From positions 32,001 to 96,000 of the forward strand of contig CAXXVZ010000005.1 of the NCBI GenBank assembly GCA_963678065.2: a stretch of 64,000 nt of DNA. The letters are read 5' to 3'. A program made the position numbers and the translations under genes. Positions within the stretch are counted from its first letter, which is position 1, and every line of letters starts with the position of its first letter. This DNA is from Treponemataceae bacterium. Lineage in GTDB: Bacteria; Spirochaetota; Spirochaetia; Treponematales; Rectinemataceae. This document shows positions 1 to 9,734 of this stretch, piece by piece. The notes under the pieces were generated by a model. That model saw only the letters and a program-made list of their open reading frames with translations, had not been told where the DNA came from and did not search any database.

Positions 1-896
1 GTCTCCGGATCGCCGAATCGACAGTTGAACTCAAGGACCTTGGGACCCTCCGCCGTGATCATGAGGCCCGCGTAGAGGACTCCGATGAAGGGAGAGCCCT
101 CGGCGGCGAGCCCGTCCACGACTGGCTGCACGGTCAGCCGCGCATACTCGGCCGCGAGGGCCGAAGGACAGAGAGGGGCCGGAGCGTAGGCGCCCATGCC
201 GCCCGTGTTGGGCCCGAGATCCCCATCGAAGAGGCGCTTGTGGTCCTGCGCGCTCGGCATCGGGGAGATGCTCTTGCCGTCGCAGAAGACCATGAGAGAG
301 ACTTCCTCTCCCTCGAGCCTCTCCTCGACGACGACTTCCTTCCCCGCATCCTTGAGCGAAAGATCGAGCATGAGGGAGCGCAGGATGCCGGAAGCCTCTT
401 CCACAGTGTCGGGCAGGAAGACCCCCTTCCCCGACGCGAGTCCCGAGGCCTTGATGACGAAGGGTTTGCCATAGCCCTCGATGTAGGCGAGGGCTTTGCC
501 GTATTCCGTGAAGGTCGCGTATCCGGCGGTCGGTATCCCGTGCCTCGCCATGAAATCCTTGGAGAAGGACTTCGAGGTCTCGATGCGGGCCGCGGCCTGG
601 CCCGGCCCGAAGCAGAGTATCTTCCTGCCTGTGCTCACAGAGCGTTCGGCGAGGGCGTCGGCCAGTCCGAGACTCAAGGGGAGCTCCGGTCCGACAACGA
701 CGAGGTCGATGAGCATGTCGTCGGCAAAATCGACGAGGCCGTAGATGTCGTCGATCTGCACCGGAACATTGCGCCCGTAGGCCGCCGTGCCGGCATTGCC
801 CGGGGCGATGAAAAGCCCATTGATGAGGGGGGAATCCGCGAGTTTCCAGGCGAGGGCGTGTTCCCTTCCGCCCGACCCTACTATCAGTACTTTCAT
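1..896 (-). CDS. purD: Phosphoribosylamine--glycine ligase (5' part; runs off window start)
   Basis: Reverse strand from ATG at 896 reads MKVLIVGSGGREHALAWKLA...PGNAG, later KASGLAAGKGV and DGDLGPNTGGMGAY, which are PurD signatures. Confidence 0.95.
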   Translation of the reverse strand, partial: MKVLIVGSGGREHALAWKLADSPLINGLFIAPGNAGTAAYGRNVPVQIDDIYGLVDFADDMLIDLVVVGPELPLSLGLADALAERSVSTGRKILCFGPGQAAARIETSKSFSKDFMARHGIPTAGYATFTEYGKALAYIEGYGKPFVIKASGLASGKGVFLPDTVEEASGILRSLMLDLSLKDAGKEVVVEERLEGEEVSLMVFCDGKSISPMPSAQDHKRLFDGDLGPNTGGMGAYAPAPLCPSALAAEYARLTVQPVVDGLAAEGSPFIGVLYAGLMITAEGPKVLEFNCRFGDPE

Positions 897-941
897 GGTT
901 TCATCCTCGATTGTGGTTCCACGTCAAAGCGTCCCTTGCTG

Positions 942-2477
942 TCAGCATGGTTCGAATCCGTCTTTGCAGGCGGCCTCGCCTGTGTCGAAAGGATATACTC
1001 CCGAGAAACAGGCAGTACAGAAGCCCTCTGTCCTGCCGAGCGCTTTCATCATGCCACCCATGGAGAGGTACTCGAGCGAATCCGCCCCGACGGCTTCCCG
1101 TATCTGCTGCACGGACAGACGGTGCGCGATGAGCTGATCCCGCGTCCCCATGTCGACGCCCATGTGACAGGGATGGCGGATTGGCGGGCTCGTCAGCCGC
1201 ACATGCACTTCCCGGGCACCGGCCTCGCGGAGGAGTCTGATGATGGGGCCGGTCGTGTTGCCCCGGACGATGGAGTCGTCGACGACGACGAGTCTCTTGC
1301 CCCGGACGGCTTCCGGCATGACCATGAACTTGAGCGCGACGCCCTGCTTGCGCAGCGATTCCGTGGGCTGGATGAAGGTTCTCCCGATGTAGCGGTTCTT
1401 GACGAAGCCCTCGTCGTAGGGGATGCCCGAGGCCTGCGAATAGCCGATCGCGGCCGATATCGACGAATCGGGAACCGGGATCACAAGGTCGGCCGCGACG
1501 GGTGCCTCCCGCGCGATTTCCGCTCCGAATTTGCGCCTCACCTCGTGGACGGCGAGACCGTTCCAGACTGAGTCGGGGCGGGCAAAATAGATGTACTCGA
1601 ACACGCAGGAGGCCTGGACCGCGGCAGGCTCGATGCCGCCGCGCGAGACGGGGCCTTCGGCGGTCAGTTCGACGATTTCGCCCGAGCCGATATCGCGGAT
1701 ACCCGTGCAGCCGATGGTGCGAAGGGCGCAGGATTCAGAGGCCGCGGCAGATCCGGCCCTCGACGAATCTGCCGGCGCAGATCCGGCTGCTCGATCTGTC
1801 GGCGCAGATCCGGCCGTCGACGAATCTGCCGGCGACGATCCGCATTCCGGAAGGAGGCCGCAGGAGAGAGGGCGCAGGCCCCAGGGGTCGCGCGCCGCGT
1901 AGACGGCGTCCTGCGTGAGGACCACGAAGGAAAAGGCTCCGACCCACTCCCGCATGGAGGCAGCGATCCGCTCGGGCCAGGTCGCCCCCTCGGCCGCGGC
2001 GAGCATCATGACCATGACTTCGGTGTCGGAGGCCGAGGTCAGTCCGACTCCGCGCTCGAGAAGCTTGCGGCGCAGCGAGGCCGCGTTCACGAGGTTGCCG
2101 TTGTGCGCGAGCGCGAGGGGCCCGTACATCGTTTCGATCTGAAAAGGCTGGGCGTTGCGCGCCGTGCTCGATCCGGTCGTGGAATAGCGCGTGTGCCCGA
2201 TCGCGAGCGGGCCGGTGAGACTTGCCATGTCCCTCTCGGTGAAGACATGGGCCACGAGCCCGAGGTCCTTGTGGATCGCCATTCTCCTTGCATCGGAGCT
2301 CGCTATTCCCGCCGACTCCTGGCCGCGGTGCTGCAGCGCGAAAAGTCCGTAGAAAGCTGCCCTGGACGCGTCCTCGCGCGCGTTGGACACAGCGATGACG
2401 CCGCATTCCTCGTGAACCGCGTCGCTCTCCTTTGCGAATGCATCACAGAGACCCGGGTCGGAGCTCGCGTCTTTCAT
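942..2477 (-). CDS. purF: Amidophosphoribosyltransferase
   Basis: EECGV N-terminal Cys, LQHRGQESAG, GHTRYST, HNGNL, VVVDDSIVRGNTT PRPP motif; start MKDASS chosen just downstream of purE. Confidence 0.95.
   Translation of the reverse strand: MKDASSDPGLCDAFAKESDAVHEECGVIAVSNAREDASRAAFYGLFALQHRGQESAGIASSDARRMAIHKDLGLVAHVFTERDMASLTGPLAIGHTRYSTTGSSTARNAQPFQIETMYGPLALAHNGNLVNAASLRRKLLERGVGLTSASDTEVMVMMLAAAEGATWPERIAASMREWVGAFSFVVLTQDAVYAARDPWGLRPLSCGLLPECGSSPADSSTAGSAPTDRAAGSAPADSSRAGSAAASESCALRTIGCTGIRDIGSGEIVELTAEGPVSRGGIEPAAVQASCVFEYIYFARPDSVWNGLAVHEVRRKFGAEIAREAPVAADLVIPVPDSSISAAIGYSQASGIPYDEGFVKNRYIGRTFIQPTESLRKQGVALKFMVMPEAVRGKRLVVVDDSIVRGNTTGPIIRLLREAGAREVHVRLTSPPIRHPCHMGVDMGTRDQLIAHRLSVQQIREAVGADSLEYLSMGGMMKALGRTEGFCTACFSGVYPFDTGEAACKDGFEPC
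1742..1845. repeat. Imperfect in-frame tandem repeat (27-30 bp units, GCAGATCCGGC core) inside purF
   Basis: gcagatccggc occurs three times and cgacgaatctgccggcg twice; encodes SSPADSSTAGSAPTDRAAGSAPADSSRAGSA. Confidence 0.8.
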
Positions 2478-2482
2478 GGCGG

Positions 2483-2998
2483 TCACGCCCTCACGCTCGC
2501 AGGGATACCGGGAGTCCCTGCCACCATGGCCTCGTCGTCCTCGACGATTTTCCTGGCGTTGGCTTCCATATATGAGGAAACCGCGCGCGCGACGGCGGGA
2601 TCGCAGAGGCCCAGAATCTTGGCCGCGAGGAGGGCCGCGTTGGCCGGTTCCATGACGAGGGCCGGAGCTATTCCGGAAGGCATGCGCAGGGAGGAGTAGA
2701 TGTCGGCCCCGCCGAAGGCCTGCGATTCCGGCGGACAGGCTATGACGGGCGCGCGCACGGAGCCGTCGGTGAATCCGGAGAGCGCGTTCGATCTCCCGGC
2801 GACCGTGATGTAGACTTTGGGCCGCCCGTCCGCCTCGTAGTCCGCGAGCATGGAAGAAACGTGGGCGGGCGTCTTGTGCGCGGAGCCGATCCGCGTCGCC
2901 GTCTCGATGCCGAATAACGTGAGGGCCGCGGCGATTTTCGCGCAATGCGCTTCGTCGGCCCTCGAGCCCATGAGAATGACGACGAGAGGAGCGCTCAT
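2483..2998 (-). CDS. purE: AIR carboxylase PurE, class II-like
   Basis: VILMGS, SAHKTP, TVAGRSNALSG, SSLRMPSG motifs; start overlaps purC stop (ATGA). Confidence 0.92.
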   Translation of the reverse strand: MSAPLVVILMGSRADEAHCAKIAAALTLFGIETATRIGSAHKTPAHVSSMLADYEADGRPKVYITVAGRSNALSGFTDGSVRAPVIACPPESQAFGGADIYSSLRMPSGIAPALVMEPANAALLAAKILGLCDPAVARAVSSYMEANARKIVEDDEAMVAGTPGIPASVRA

Positions 2999-3990
2999 GA
3001 GAGTATCCCCCGTGCCCTGAGGTTGTTCTCGAGCCTCGGTCCGACGGGGTAGTCGCCGGGGACGAAGGCGAGGCCGGTGAGCTTCTCGTAGATCGTCCGG
3101 TAGAGGGAACTCGTCGTCTCCCACACCGATTCAGGCACTTCGGGAACATCGCCCTCCCCCCGGTAGCCGAGCTCCGCGTAGACCATGCGGACATACTCTT
3201 TGTCGAAGAGTTCCGGCTCGAGTCCCGCCGCGAGCCGTGTCGCATAACTTTCAAGTTTCCAGAACCGGGAAGAGTCGGGGGTGTGGACTTCGTCGATGAG
3301 GACGATTTTTCCGTCGCGATCGCGGCCGAACTCGTATTTCGTATCGACGAGGATGAGGCCCGACGCAGCGGCCTTTTCCTGGCCGCGCGCAAAGAGCGCG
3401 AGGGCTGCGCGACGCACTGTTTCCCAGGTTCCCGGATCGAGGTAACCCTTCCCGGTCACTTCGGCGCAGGTGAGACGCTCATCGTGTCCGGTGACCCCGC
3501 CCTTTGTCGTCGGCGTGATGATGGGCTCGGGCAGTTTCTGGTTTTTTGTCAGTCCATCGGGAAAATCGTAGCCGTAGATGTTCCGCTCGCCGAGGGAATA
3601 GCGGTACCAGAGCGCTGTCGTCGTGACGCCGGTGATGTAGCCGCGCACGATCACCTCGACGGGAAGCGGCTCGACTTCGCGGGCGATAAGGGCGTTCGGG
3701 TCGGGAACGGAAATCAGGTGATTGTCGATGATGTCGCGCGTGGCATCGAACCACCAGGCGGATAGCTGGTTCAGGACCTGTCCCTTGTAGGGGACGGCGG
3801 CGAGGACGCGGTCGAACGCGGACAGCCTGTCGGTCGTCACCATGAGACGCGTTCCATCCGCGAGAAGGTACCAGTCGCGCACCTTCCCGGATTCTTTGCC
3901 GGGAAGGCGCAGTTCACAGTCGCAAAACGCGTCGCGCGCGGTCACTGTCGCCGGCCGCGATTCGCTTCCCTGGGCGGGATTATTCGGCAT
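2995..3990 (-). CDS. purC: SAICAR synthetase
   Basis: GKVRD, TDRLSAFD, KGQVLNQ, TPTTK, VDTKYEFG, DEVHTPDSSRFW, DKEY motifs. Confidence 0.95.
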   Translation of the reverse strand: MPNNPAQGSESRPATVTARDAFCDCELRLPGKESGKVRDWYLLADGTRLMVTTDRLSAFDRVLAAVPYKGQVLNQLSAWWFDATRDIIDNHLISVPDPNALIAREVEPLPVEVIVRGYITGVTTTALWYRYSLGERNIYGYDFPDGLTKNQKLPEPIITPTTKGGVTGHDERLTCAEVTGKGYLDPGTWETVRRAALALFARGQEKAAASGLILVDTKYEFGRDRDGKIVLIDEVHTPDSSRFWKLESYATRLAAGLEPELFDKEYVRMVYAELGYRGEGDVPEVPESVWETTSSLYRTIYEKLTGLAFVPGDYPVGPRLENNLRARGILS

Positions 3991-4010
3991 TGTCGTCTCC
4001 TTGTCTCCGC

Positions 4011-4892
4011 TCACATTCCGGCGGCGTACACGACGCCTCCGCGGAACAGTTCGAGGCCGCCCGAAACGGAGATACCGGGGAAGGTCCGCGCCTGCCTGCG
4101 AGCGATAACGTTGTTTTCGGGATGGGGCATGAGTCCGAGGACATTGCCCGCAACATTGCAGATGCCGGCGATGTCCCCGACGGAGCCGTTCGGGTTGTCG
4201 GGATAGCCCCCCTCCGCGGGGCTGCCGTCGGCGTGGGTGTAAATGAAGGCTATCTGGTCCTTGTCGCGCAGTTCGGCGAGAGTCTCGTCCGAATCGACGA
4301 AAAAGCGTCCTTCGCCGTGTGCGACGGGACAGAACACCCTGTTGACGAGCATCTTCGTCCACACGCAGCTCTTCGATACCGGCGCGAGATATACCCAGCG
4401 GCATTCGAAGCGGCCTTTCTCGTTGTGCGTGAGAGTCACCCGGTGCGCGATCTTTCGCGCCTCGCCGTATCCCGGCGCGCCGGATTCCCGCACAACCGAC
4501 TCAGAAAGGCCAAGGTCCTCGCCGGGGTCTTCGGCCCGGTACCGGGGGCCCGCGGGCCGCCCATCCGGCAGGATGCCCGACTTCACGAGGGCCTGGAATC
4601 CGTTGCAGATGCCGATGACAGGCTTGCCCGCTCCGACGAAACTGCCCACCTCGTCCGCGAAATAAGAAGTGAGATCCAGCGCCATGAGTTTGCCCGCCCC
4701 GAGAGCGTCCGCATACGAAAAGCCTCCGGGAAGAACGAGCATGGAGTAGTCCTCCCAGCGTCGATCTCCCGCCCGGAGCAGGTTGAGGTGGACGATTTCC
4801 GGTTCGGCTCCGGCGAGAGAGAGAGCCGTGCAGACATCGGGATCGCGGTTGGTGCCTGCGGCATGGAGAACGAGAGCCTTTGGTCTCTTCAC
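4011..4892 (-). CDS. purQ: FGAM synthase glutaminase subunit
   Basis: GTNRD, PGGFSYAD, GICNGFQ, AHGEG, NPNGS, MPHPE motifs. Confidence 0.95.
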   Translation of the reverse strand: MKRPKALVLHAAGTNRDPDVCTALSLAGAEPEIVHLNLLRAGDRRWEDYSMLVLPGGFSYADALGAGKLMALDLTSYFADEVGSFVGAGKPVIGICNGFQALVKSGILPDGRPAGPRYRAEDPGEDLGLSESVVRESGAPGYGEARKIAHRVTLTHNEKGRFECRWVYLAPVSKSCVWTKMLVNRVFCPVAHGEGRFFVDSDETLAELRDKDQIAFIYTHADGSPAEGGYPDNPNGSVGDIAGICNVAGNVLGLMPHPENNVIARRQARTFPGISVSGGLELFRGGVVYAAGM

Positions 4893-4902
4893 TGGATACT
4901 CC

Positions 4903-7872
4903 TCATTGCGCAGCGCCGGCGCTGGCGCCGCGGAAAGCCGCGACGATATCTTCGACCGGGACGGAGGCGGCCGCGTCGCCCGAAGACAGTTCCAGTCTGC
5001 CCGAGTCCGCAGTCCCGCCGATCAGCCTGAGCGGCAGCCCCTCCATCGCTTTCAGGAAATCCGCGTCCCTGCCGGACTTGACTTCGAGGACGAGGCAGCC
5101 GTTCGTCTCGCCGAAAAGGAGGGTGGAGGTCCGCGCTCTGTCACCCTCGATCCGGAGCCTGGCCCCGAGCCTGCCGCCGAGGCACATCTCCGCGACCGCG
5201 ACTGCGAGCCCGCCTTCGGAGAGATCGTGGCAAGAGGCGATCCAGCCCGCGAGGATGGCTCTGTGGATGGCCAGATAGACCGCGTGGGCCCCGGCGGCCG
5301 CGTCCGGCACCTCGTCGGGGGCGCCTGCGGGCGCGCCCCCGGGCAGGCCATACAGCTCGGCGTAGACAGAGCCGCCAAACACAGGTCGGAAATCGCCCGC
5401 GAGATAGAGATGATTCCCCGCCTCCTTGAGATCGGTTCCCGGCGACGCGTCGACGTCGGGAACGATGCCGATGGCCGAGATGAGAAGGGAGGGAGGGATC
5501 GAAACGCGCCGGCCATCGCGGGCCCGGTACTCGTTGTTGAAGGAGTCCTTGCCCGAGACGAAGGGAGTCCGGTGCGCGAGGGCGGCGTCGTGGCAGCCGC
5601 GGGCGGCCTCGAGGAGAGTCCACATGGTTTCGGGACGCTTTGGATCGCCCCAGCAGAAGTTGTCGAGAACGGCGATGCGCTCGGGATCGGCGCCGGCGCT
5701 CACGGCGTTGCGCACGGCCTCGTCGACGGCGCTCACGGCCATGCGGTAGGCGTCGGCCATTCCATATTTCGGGTTGAATCCGTTGGAGAGGACGAGGCCC
5801 CTCGATCCGCCCGTCTCGCGCGGTTTGAGGACGCTCGCGTCCGAGGGGCCGTCGTGCAGGATGCCCGTGAAGGGGCGGACGACGGTCGCGCCCTGGACTT
5901 CGTGATCGTAGAGGCGGACGACAGTTTCCTTGGAAGCGATCGCAGGATGGGCGAGAAGGCCGAGAAGAGCCCGCGCCGCGTCGGGCGCAGGTGCCGGCGC
6001 AGGTGCCGGCAGAGGTGTCGGCGCAAGTGTCGCCTGTGGCGGCGAAGCGACCAGCCGCCTCTGTGGAATGCCGTCGTGGAGGAAGCGGCAATCGAGATCG
6101 ACGGCCACCACACCGTCGTATCTGACGACGAGGCGCCCCGTTCCCGTGAAGAGACCGAGGTCGGTGACGCCGACATCGTTCAGCTCGCAGATCCTCGCGA
6201 AGGCTTCCATATTTTCAGGCGGAACCGCGAGGACCATGCGCTCCTGGGCTTCGGAGAGCCAGATCTCCCAGGGCGCGAGGCCCGGGTATTTGAGGGGCGC
6301 TCTCGCTATGTCGACATCGCAGCCGAGCTCCGAGGCCATCTCGCCCACGGCCGAGGAGAGTCCGCCCGCGCCGCAGTCAGTGATGGCGGTGTAGAGGCCC
6401 CTGTCGCGCGCCTCGACGATCACTTCCGCCGCCTTCTTCTCGACGATGGGAGCTCCGATCTGCACGGAGGCGCCGGCAACCTCGCCTGTCGTCGAATCCA
6501 TGACCATGGAGGAGAAGGTCGCTCCGCGGATTCCGTCGCGTCCGGTTTTTCCGCCGATGACGACGACGCGGTCGCCGGCACGGGCCTGCCTTCTGTGCTT
6601 TCCGCGCGGCGCGAGGCCGGCGCAGCCGCAGAACACGAGGGGATTGGCCGTGTAGCCGGGATCGAAGTGAATCCCGCCGTTGACGGTCGGGATGCCCATC
6701 TTGTTGCCGTAATCCTGGACGCCGGCCACGACACCGGAGAACACGACCCTCGGGTGGAGGACTCCCGCGGGAAGATCTTCCGGAGCCACGTCGAGGGGAC
6801 CAAAGCAGAGGACGTCGGTAGCCGCGATCGGGCGCGCCGAGACGCCCATGACATCGCGGATGACGCCGCCCACGCCGGTGTTCGCGCCGCCGAAAGGCTC
6901 GACGGCCGAGGGGTGGTTGTGGGTCTCGACCTTGAAAGACATCTCGTACTCGTCGTCGAACTCGAGGATGCCGGCGTTGTCGACAAAGGCCGAGAGGACC
7001 CAGGGGGCCGCGATCTCGTCCGTCGCCTTCTTTATGTAGGTTTTGAGGATGTTGTCGACGCGCGGAGGATAGGGATTCAGGCTCCCTTCAGGCACATCGA
7101 CGTCGATGAGGGCCTTGAAGGTCTTGTGGACGCAATGCTCGCTCCAGGTCTGGGCTATCGTCTCGAACTCGACGTCCGTGCAGTCCCGGCCTTCCATGCG
7201 GAAATAGTCCCTGACCGAGGTCATCTCCCTGAGGTCGAGGGCCGCGCGCCTTCCGGCCGAGAGGGCTTCGAGTTCCGCGTCCGACATGGTCGAAACGGGC
7301 AGGCGCTCCATCTCGCCGGAGCCGGCGGCGAGGAAGGGGAATGAGGGTTCGATCCTGCCGATGGCGTAGCGCTGGATGACGGGATTGGCGAGAAGCCTGT
7401 CGGCGAGAAGCTCGAGGTCGCGCCGCTCGAGGCCTTCGCCCTCGACCTCGAAGATCTCGCCCGTGGAGACCGCCTCGATACCCTTGACGCCGATTTCGAC
7501 CGCCGCCCGCATGATCTCCTCGGCAACCGAGTCGGTGACGCCTGGCCGGAGTGCGACCTCGATCCTGTTACCGTCTCCGAGGGCAGCGGACCCTTCGTGC
7601 CCCGCGTCGCCGCAGTCTTCCCACTCGAAGGTTTCGACGACAGGGTCGCAAAAAAGAAAACGCCCAAGGAGGTCGAGCTCCTTGGGCGCAATACTGCCGC
7701 GTACAAAGTACAGGTCCGCACGCTGCACGGCTCGGACCTTCATAAGCCCGAGAGCGCGCGCATCCTCCGCACGGGAGAAAGCTTGCGGCCCTCCCCGCCT
7801 TTTGGGCCGAACCGTGAACCGGAAAATTCTTGAAGTGATTCCCATGCGGATTGGTACAACCTGTTGGGGCAT
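4903..7872 (-). CDS. purL: FGAM synthase large subunit with N-terminal PurS-like region
   Basis: QTWSEHCVHK, KVETHNHPSA, GGVIRD, DCGAGG, SEAQERM, SGKDSFNN, HDLSEGG; N-terminal LRPGVTD...LLANPVI PurS-like repeat; start uncertain (7872 or 7845). Confidence 0.93.
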   Translation of the reverse strand: MPQQVVPIRMGITSRIFRFTVRPKRRGGPQAFSRAEDARALGLMKVRAVQRADLYFVRGSIAPKELDLLGRFLFCDPVVETFEWEDCGDAGHEGSAALGDGNRIEVALRPGVTDSVAEEIMRAAVEIGVKGIEAVSTGEIFEVEGEGLERRDLELLADRLLANPVIQRYAIGRIEPSFPFLAAGSGEMERLPVSTMSDAELEALSAGRRAALDLREMTSVRDYFRMEGRDCTDVEFETIAQTWSEHCVHKTFKALIDVDVPEGSLNPYPPRVDNILKTYIKKATDEIAAPWVLSAFVDNAGILEFDDEYEMSFKVETHNHPSAVEPFGGANTGVGGVIRDVMGVSARPIAATDVLCFGPLDVAPEDLPAGVLHPRVVFSGVVAGVQDYGNKMGIPTVNGGIHFDPGYTANPLVFCGCAGLAPRGKHRRQARAGDRVVVIGGKTGRDGIRGATFSSMVMDSTTGEVAGASVQIGAPIVEKKAAEVIVEARDRGLYTAITDCGAGGLSSAVGEMASELGCDVDIARAPLKYPGLAPWEIWLSEAQERMVLAVPPENMEAFARICELNDVGVTDLGLFTGTGRLVVRYDGVVAVDLDCRFLHDGIPQRRLVASPPQATLAPTPLPAPAPAPAPDAARALLGLLAHPAIASKETVVRLYDHEVQGATVVRPFTGILHDGPSDASVLKPRETGGSRGLVLSNGFNPKYGMADAYRMAVSAVDEAVRNAVSAGADPERIAVLDNFCWGDPKRPETMWTLLEAARGCHDAALAHRTPFVSGKDSFNNEYRARDGRRVSIPPSLLISAIGIVPDVDASPGTDLKEAGNHLYLAGDFRPVFGGSVYAELYGLPGGAPAGAPDEVPDAAAGAHAVYLAIHRAILAGWIASCHDLSEGGLAVAVAEMCLGGRLGARLRIEGDRARTSTLLFGETNGCLVLEVKSGRDADFLKAMEGLPLRLIGGTADSGRLELSSGDAAASVPVEDIVAAFRGASAGAAQ

Positions 7873-7876
7873 TTGG

Positions 7877-9271
7877 TCAAGCCCCCTCCACCTGTCGTCG
7901 TATTTCCGCCGCGAGCGAGCGCGCGCGCGAAGGGGCCGATCCTGAGTAGCCGGAGAGGTCCATGAGACCGGCCAGGGCAGCGGCGTCCAGCACCGAGTTG
8001 AAGAAGGGATCGGCCGCGATGCGCTCTGCCAGGGTGTTGGTTCCCGAATTCCTGAGTTCGGCCCAGGAGGTGAGGGCGTGGACCCGCAGGCGCTCGTGGG
8101 TTTCCTGGCGGTCGGCTCCGGCCGCTCCCATGACCATGAGGACGCGCTCGGTGCAGGCGAAGGGGCCGTAGGCCGCCATGGTCCTGCCGATCGCCGTCGT
8201 GTCGACGACGAGTCCGCCGACAATCTTCGAGGCAGTCGCGAGGATCTCGTCGCAGATAAGGAAGGCCTCGGGCAGGAGGCTCCGGCGGTTGGCCGAGTCG
8301 TCCAGGGTCCTCTCGAGAAGGGATTGGGCGGCGTTCTGCCAGGCCACCTGAGGCATGACCGAGAGGGCGCGGGAGAGCGAGTCGATCTTCTCCGCGTTGA
8401 TGGGGTTGCGCTTGAAGGGCATGGCCGAGGAGCCGACCTGCTTTTTCCCGAAGGGCTCGGAGAGCTCTCCGACGGGCGGCGATTGAAGGATACGCATGTC
8501 GAAGGCGAATTTGTGGAGGGAGGCTCCGAGGCCGGCCAGGGCCGCGAGCACGGTGTAGTCCTGCTTGCGGGTGTAGGTCTGGGTGGCTATGGGGTAGAAA
8601 CCGATGCCGAGCTCCTCCGAAAGCCGGGACTCGAAGCGGTCGACGTTCTCGTCCCCGACGAGTTCGGCGTAGGAGGCGGCCGTCCCCACGGCGCCCTTGA
8701 ATCCCTTGCCACGGATCGACGCCTCGACCCGCTCGAGCTCGCGGCAGTCCTCCAGGAGGTCCTGGGCCCAGACGGCGAGGCGGTAGCCGAGTGTCGTCGG
8801 CTCGGCGGGCTGGATGTGCGTGAAAGCCATCACCGGCAGGTCGGCGTATTCGTCGATTTTTTCCGCGAAGCGCGCGAGAAGCCCGCGCAGGGAGGCGAGG
8901 ACGAGGCCGACCGAACGCCGGATGCGGATAGCGTCCGCGTTGTCCTCGATGTCCATGGAGGTGGCGCCCAGGTGGATGACACCGCCGGCGGTCGGGCATT
9001 GCGCGGCGAAGGTCTTCACTTCGGCCATGAGGTCGTGCCTGATCTCGGCCTCGATCTCCAGAGCCCGGGGGATGTCGATCTCATGCGCGTGGGCGCGGAG
9101 CTCGTCGACCTGGGCTTCCGCGACGAGGCCGAACTCCGATTCGACCTCCGCGAGACTGACCCAGATGGAGCGCCAGAGTTCGCGCTTGCCTGTTTCGCTC
9201 CAGAGTCCGCGCATTGCCGCGCTGCCATACCGCCAGCTGAAAGGGGAGAGGTAGACCGAGTAGTCGCTCAT
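7877..9271 (-). CDS. purB: Adenylosuccinate lyase
   Basis: RHDLMA, HLGATS, FTHIQPAEPTT, GSSAMPFKRNP fumarate-lyase signature. Confidence 0.95.
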   Translation of the reverse strand: MSDYSVYLSPFSWRYGSAAMRGLWSETGKRELWRSIWVSLAEVESEFGLVAEAQVDELRAHAHEIDIPRALEIEAEIRHDLMAEVKTFAAQCPTAGGVIHLGATSMDIEDNADAIRIRRSVGLVLASLRGLLARFAEKIDEYADLPVMAFTHIQPAEPTTLGYRLAVWAQDLLEDCRELERVEASIRGKGFKGAVGTAASYAELVGDENVDRFESRLSEELGIGFYPIATQTYTRKQDYTVLAALAGLGASLHKFAFDMRILQSPPVGELSEPFGKKQVGSSAMPFKRNPINAEKIDSLSRALSVMPQVAWQNAAQSLLERTLDDSANRRSLLPEAFLICDEILATASKIVGGLVVDTTAIGRTMAAYGPFACTERVLMVMGAAGADRQETHERLRVHALTSWAELRNSGTNTLAERIAADPFFNSVLDAAALAGLMDLSGYSGSAPSRARSLAAEIRRQVEGA

Positions 9272-9302
9272 GGTCGGATACTATCAGAGCCGCAGCGCTT
9301 GG

Positions 9303-9734
9303 TTAAGACCGCGGCGAGACGAGGACGAACAGTTTCGAACCGATCCAGAACAGGACGAGGGCCCAGATGGCGATGAAAATGACGCCGGTCACCCAGTTCT
9401 TCCTGAGGGAGGGAGGATTCGCCTCCGCCTTGGTCGCGCACTCCGCACGCACTTCTTCCGGAATCAATTTCAGCGCCAGGGCGATGAGGGCGGGCACGAT
9501 GATGAGGTCGTCGAGGTAGCCGAGCACGGGGATGAAGTCGGGTATGAGATCGACGGGGCTCAGGGCATAAGCCAGGGCGAGGCCCATCACGAGGCGGGCA
9601 GGCAGTCCGGTCTGTGCGTGTCCGAAGGCGTAGTAGACGACGGCGAGATCCTTCTTGAGGGCGCGCGCCCGGGACTTGAGGGCATCCCTGAAGGAGGCGA
9701 GGGCCTTGAACAGCCTTTGCGGGTTTTTCTCCAT
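9303..9734 (-). CDS. DUF1232 / YkvA family membrane protein
   Basis: YALSPVDLIPDFIPVLGYLDD motif; start MEKNPQ overlaps upstream stop. Confidence 0.85.
   Translation of the reverse strand: MEKNPQRLFKALASFRDALKSRARALKKDLAVVYYAFGHAQTGLPARLVMGLALAYALSPVDLIPDFIPVLGYLDDLIIVPALIALALKLIPEEVRAECATKAEANPPSLRKNWVTGVIFIAIWALVLFWIGSKLFVLVSPRS

Noticed and set aside
1742..1845. Repeat cluster considered as a mini CRISPR array
   Set aside because: Units are tandem, in-frame within purF, lack unique spacers, and no cas genes are in the window.
2478..3392. Apparent 300-aa N-terminal extension of PurF in the ORF track (similar extensions for PurL, PurC, DUF1015)
   Set aside because: The extensions overlap real upstream genes in other frames and are Arg-rich off-frame text; internal starts fit the family N-termini.
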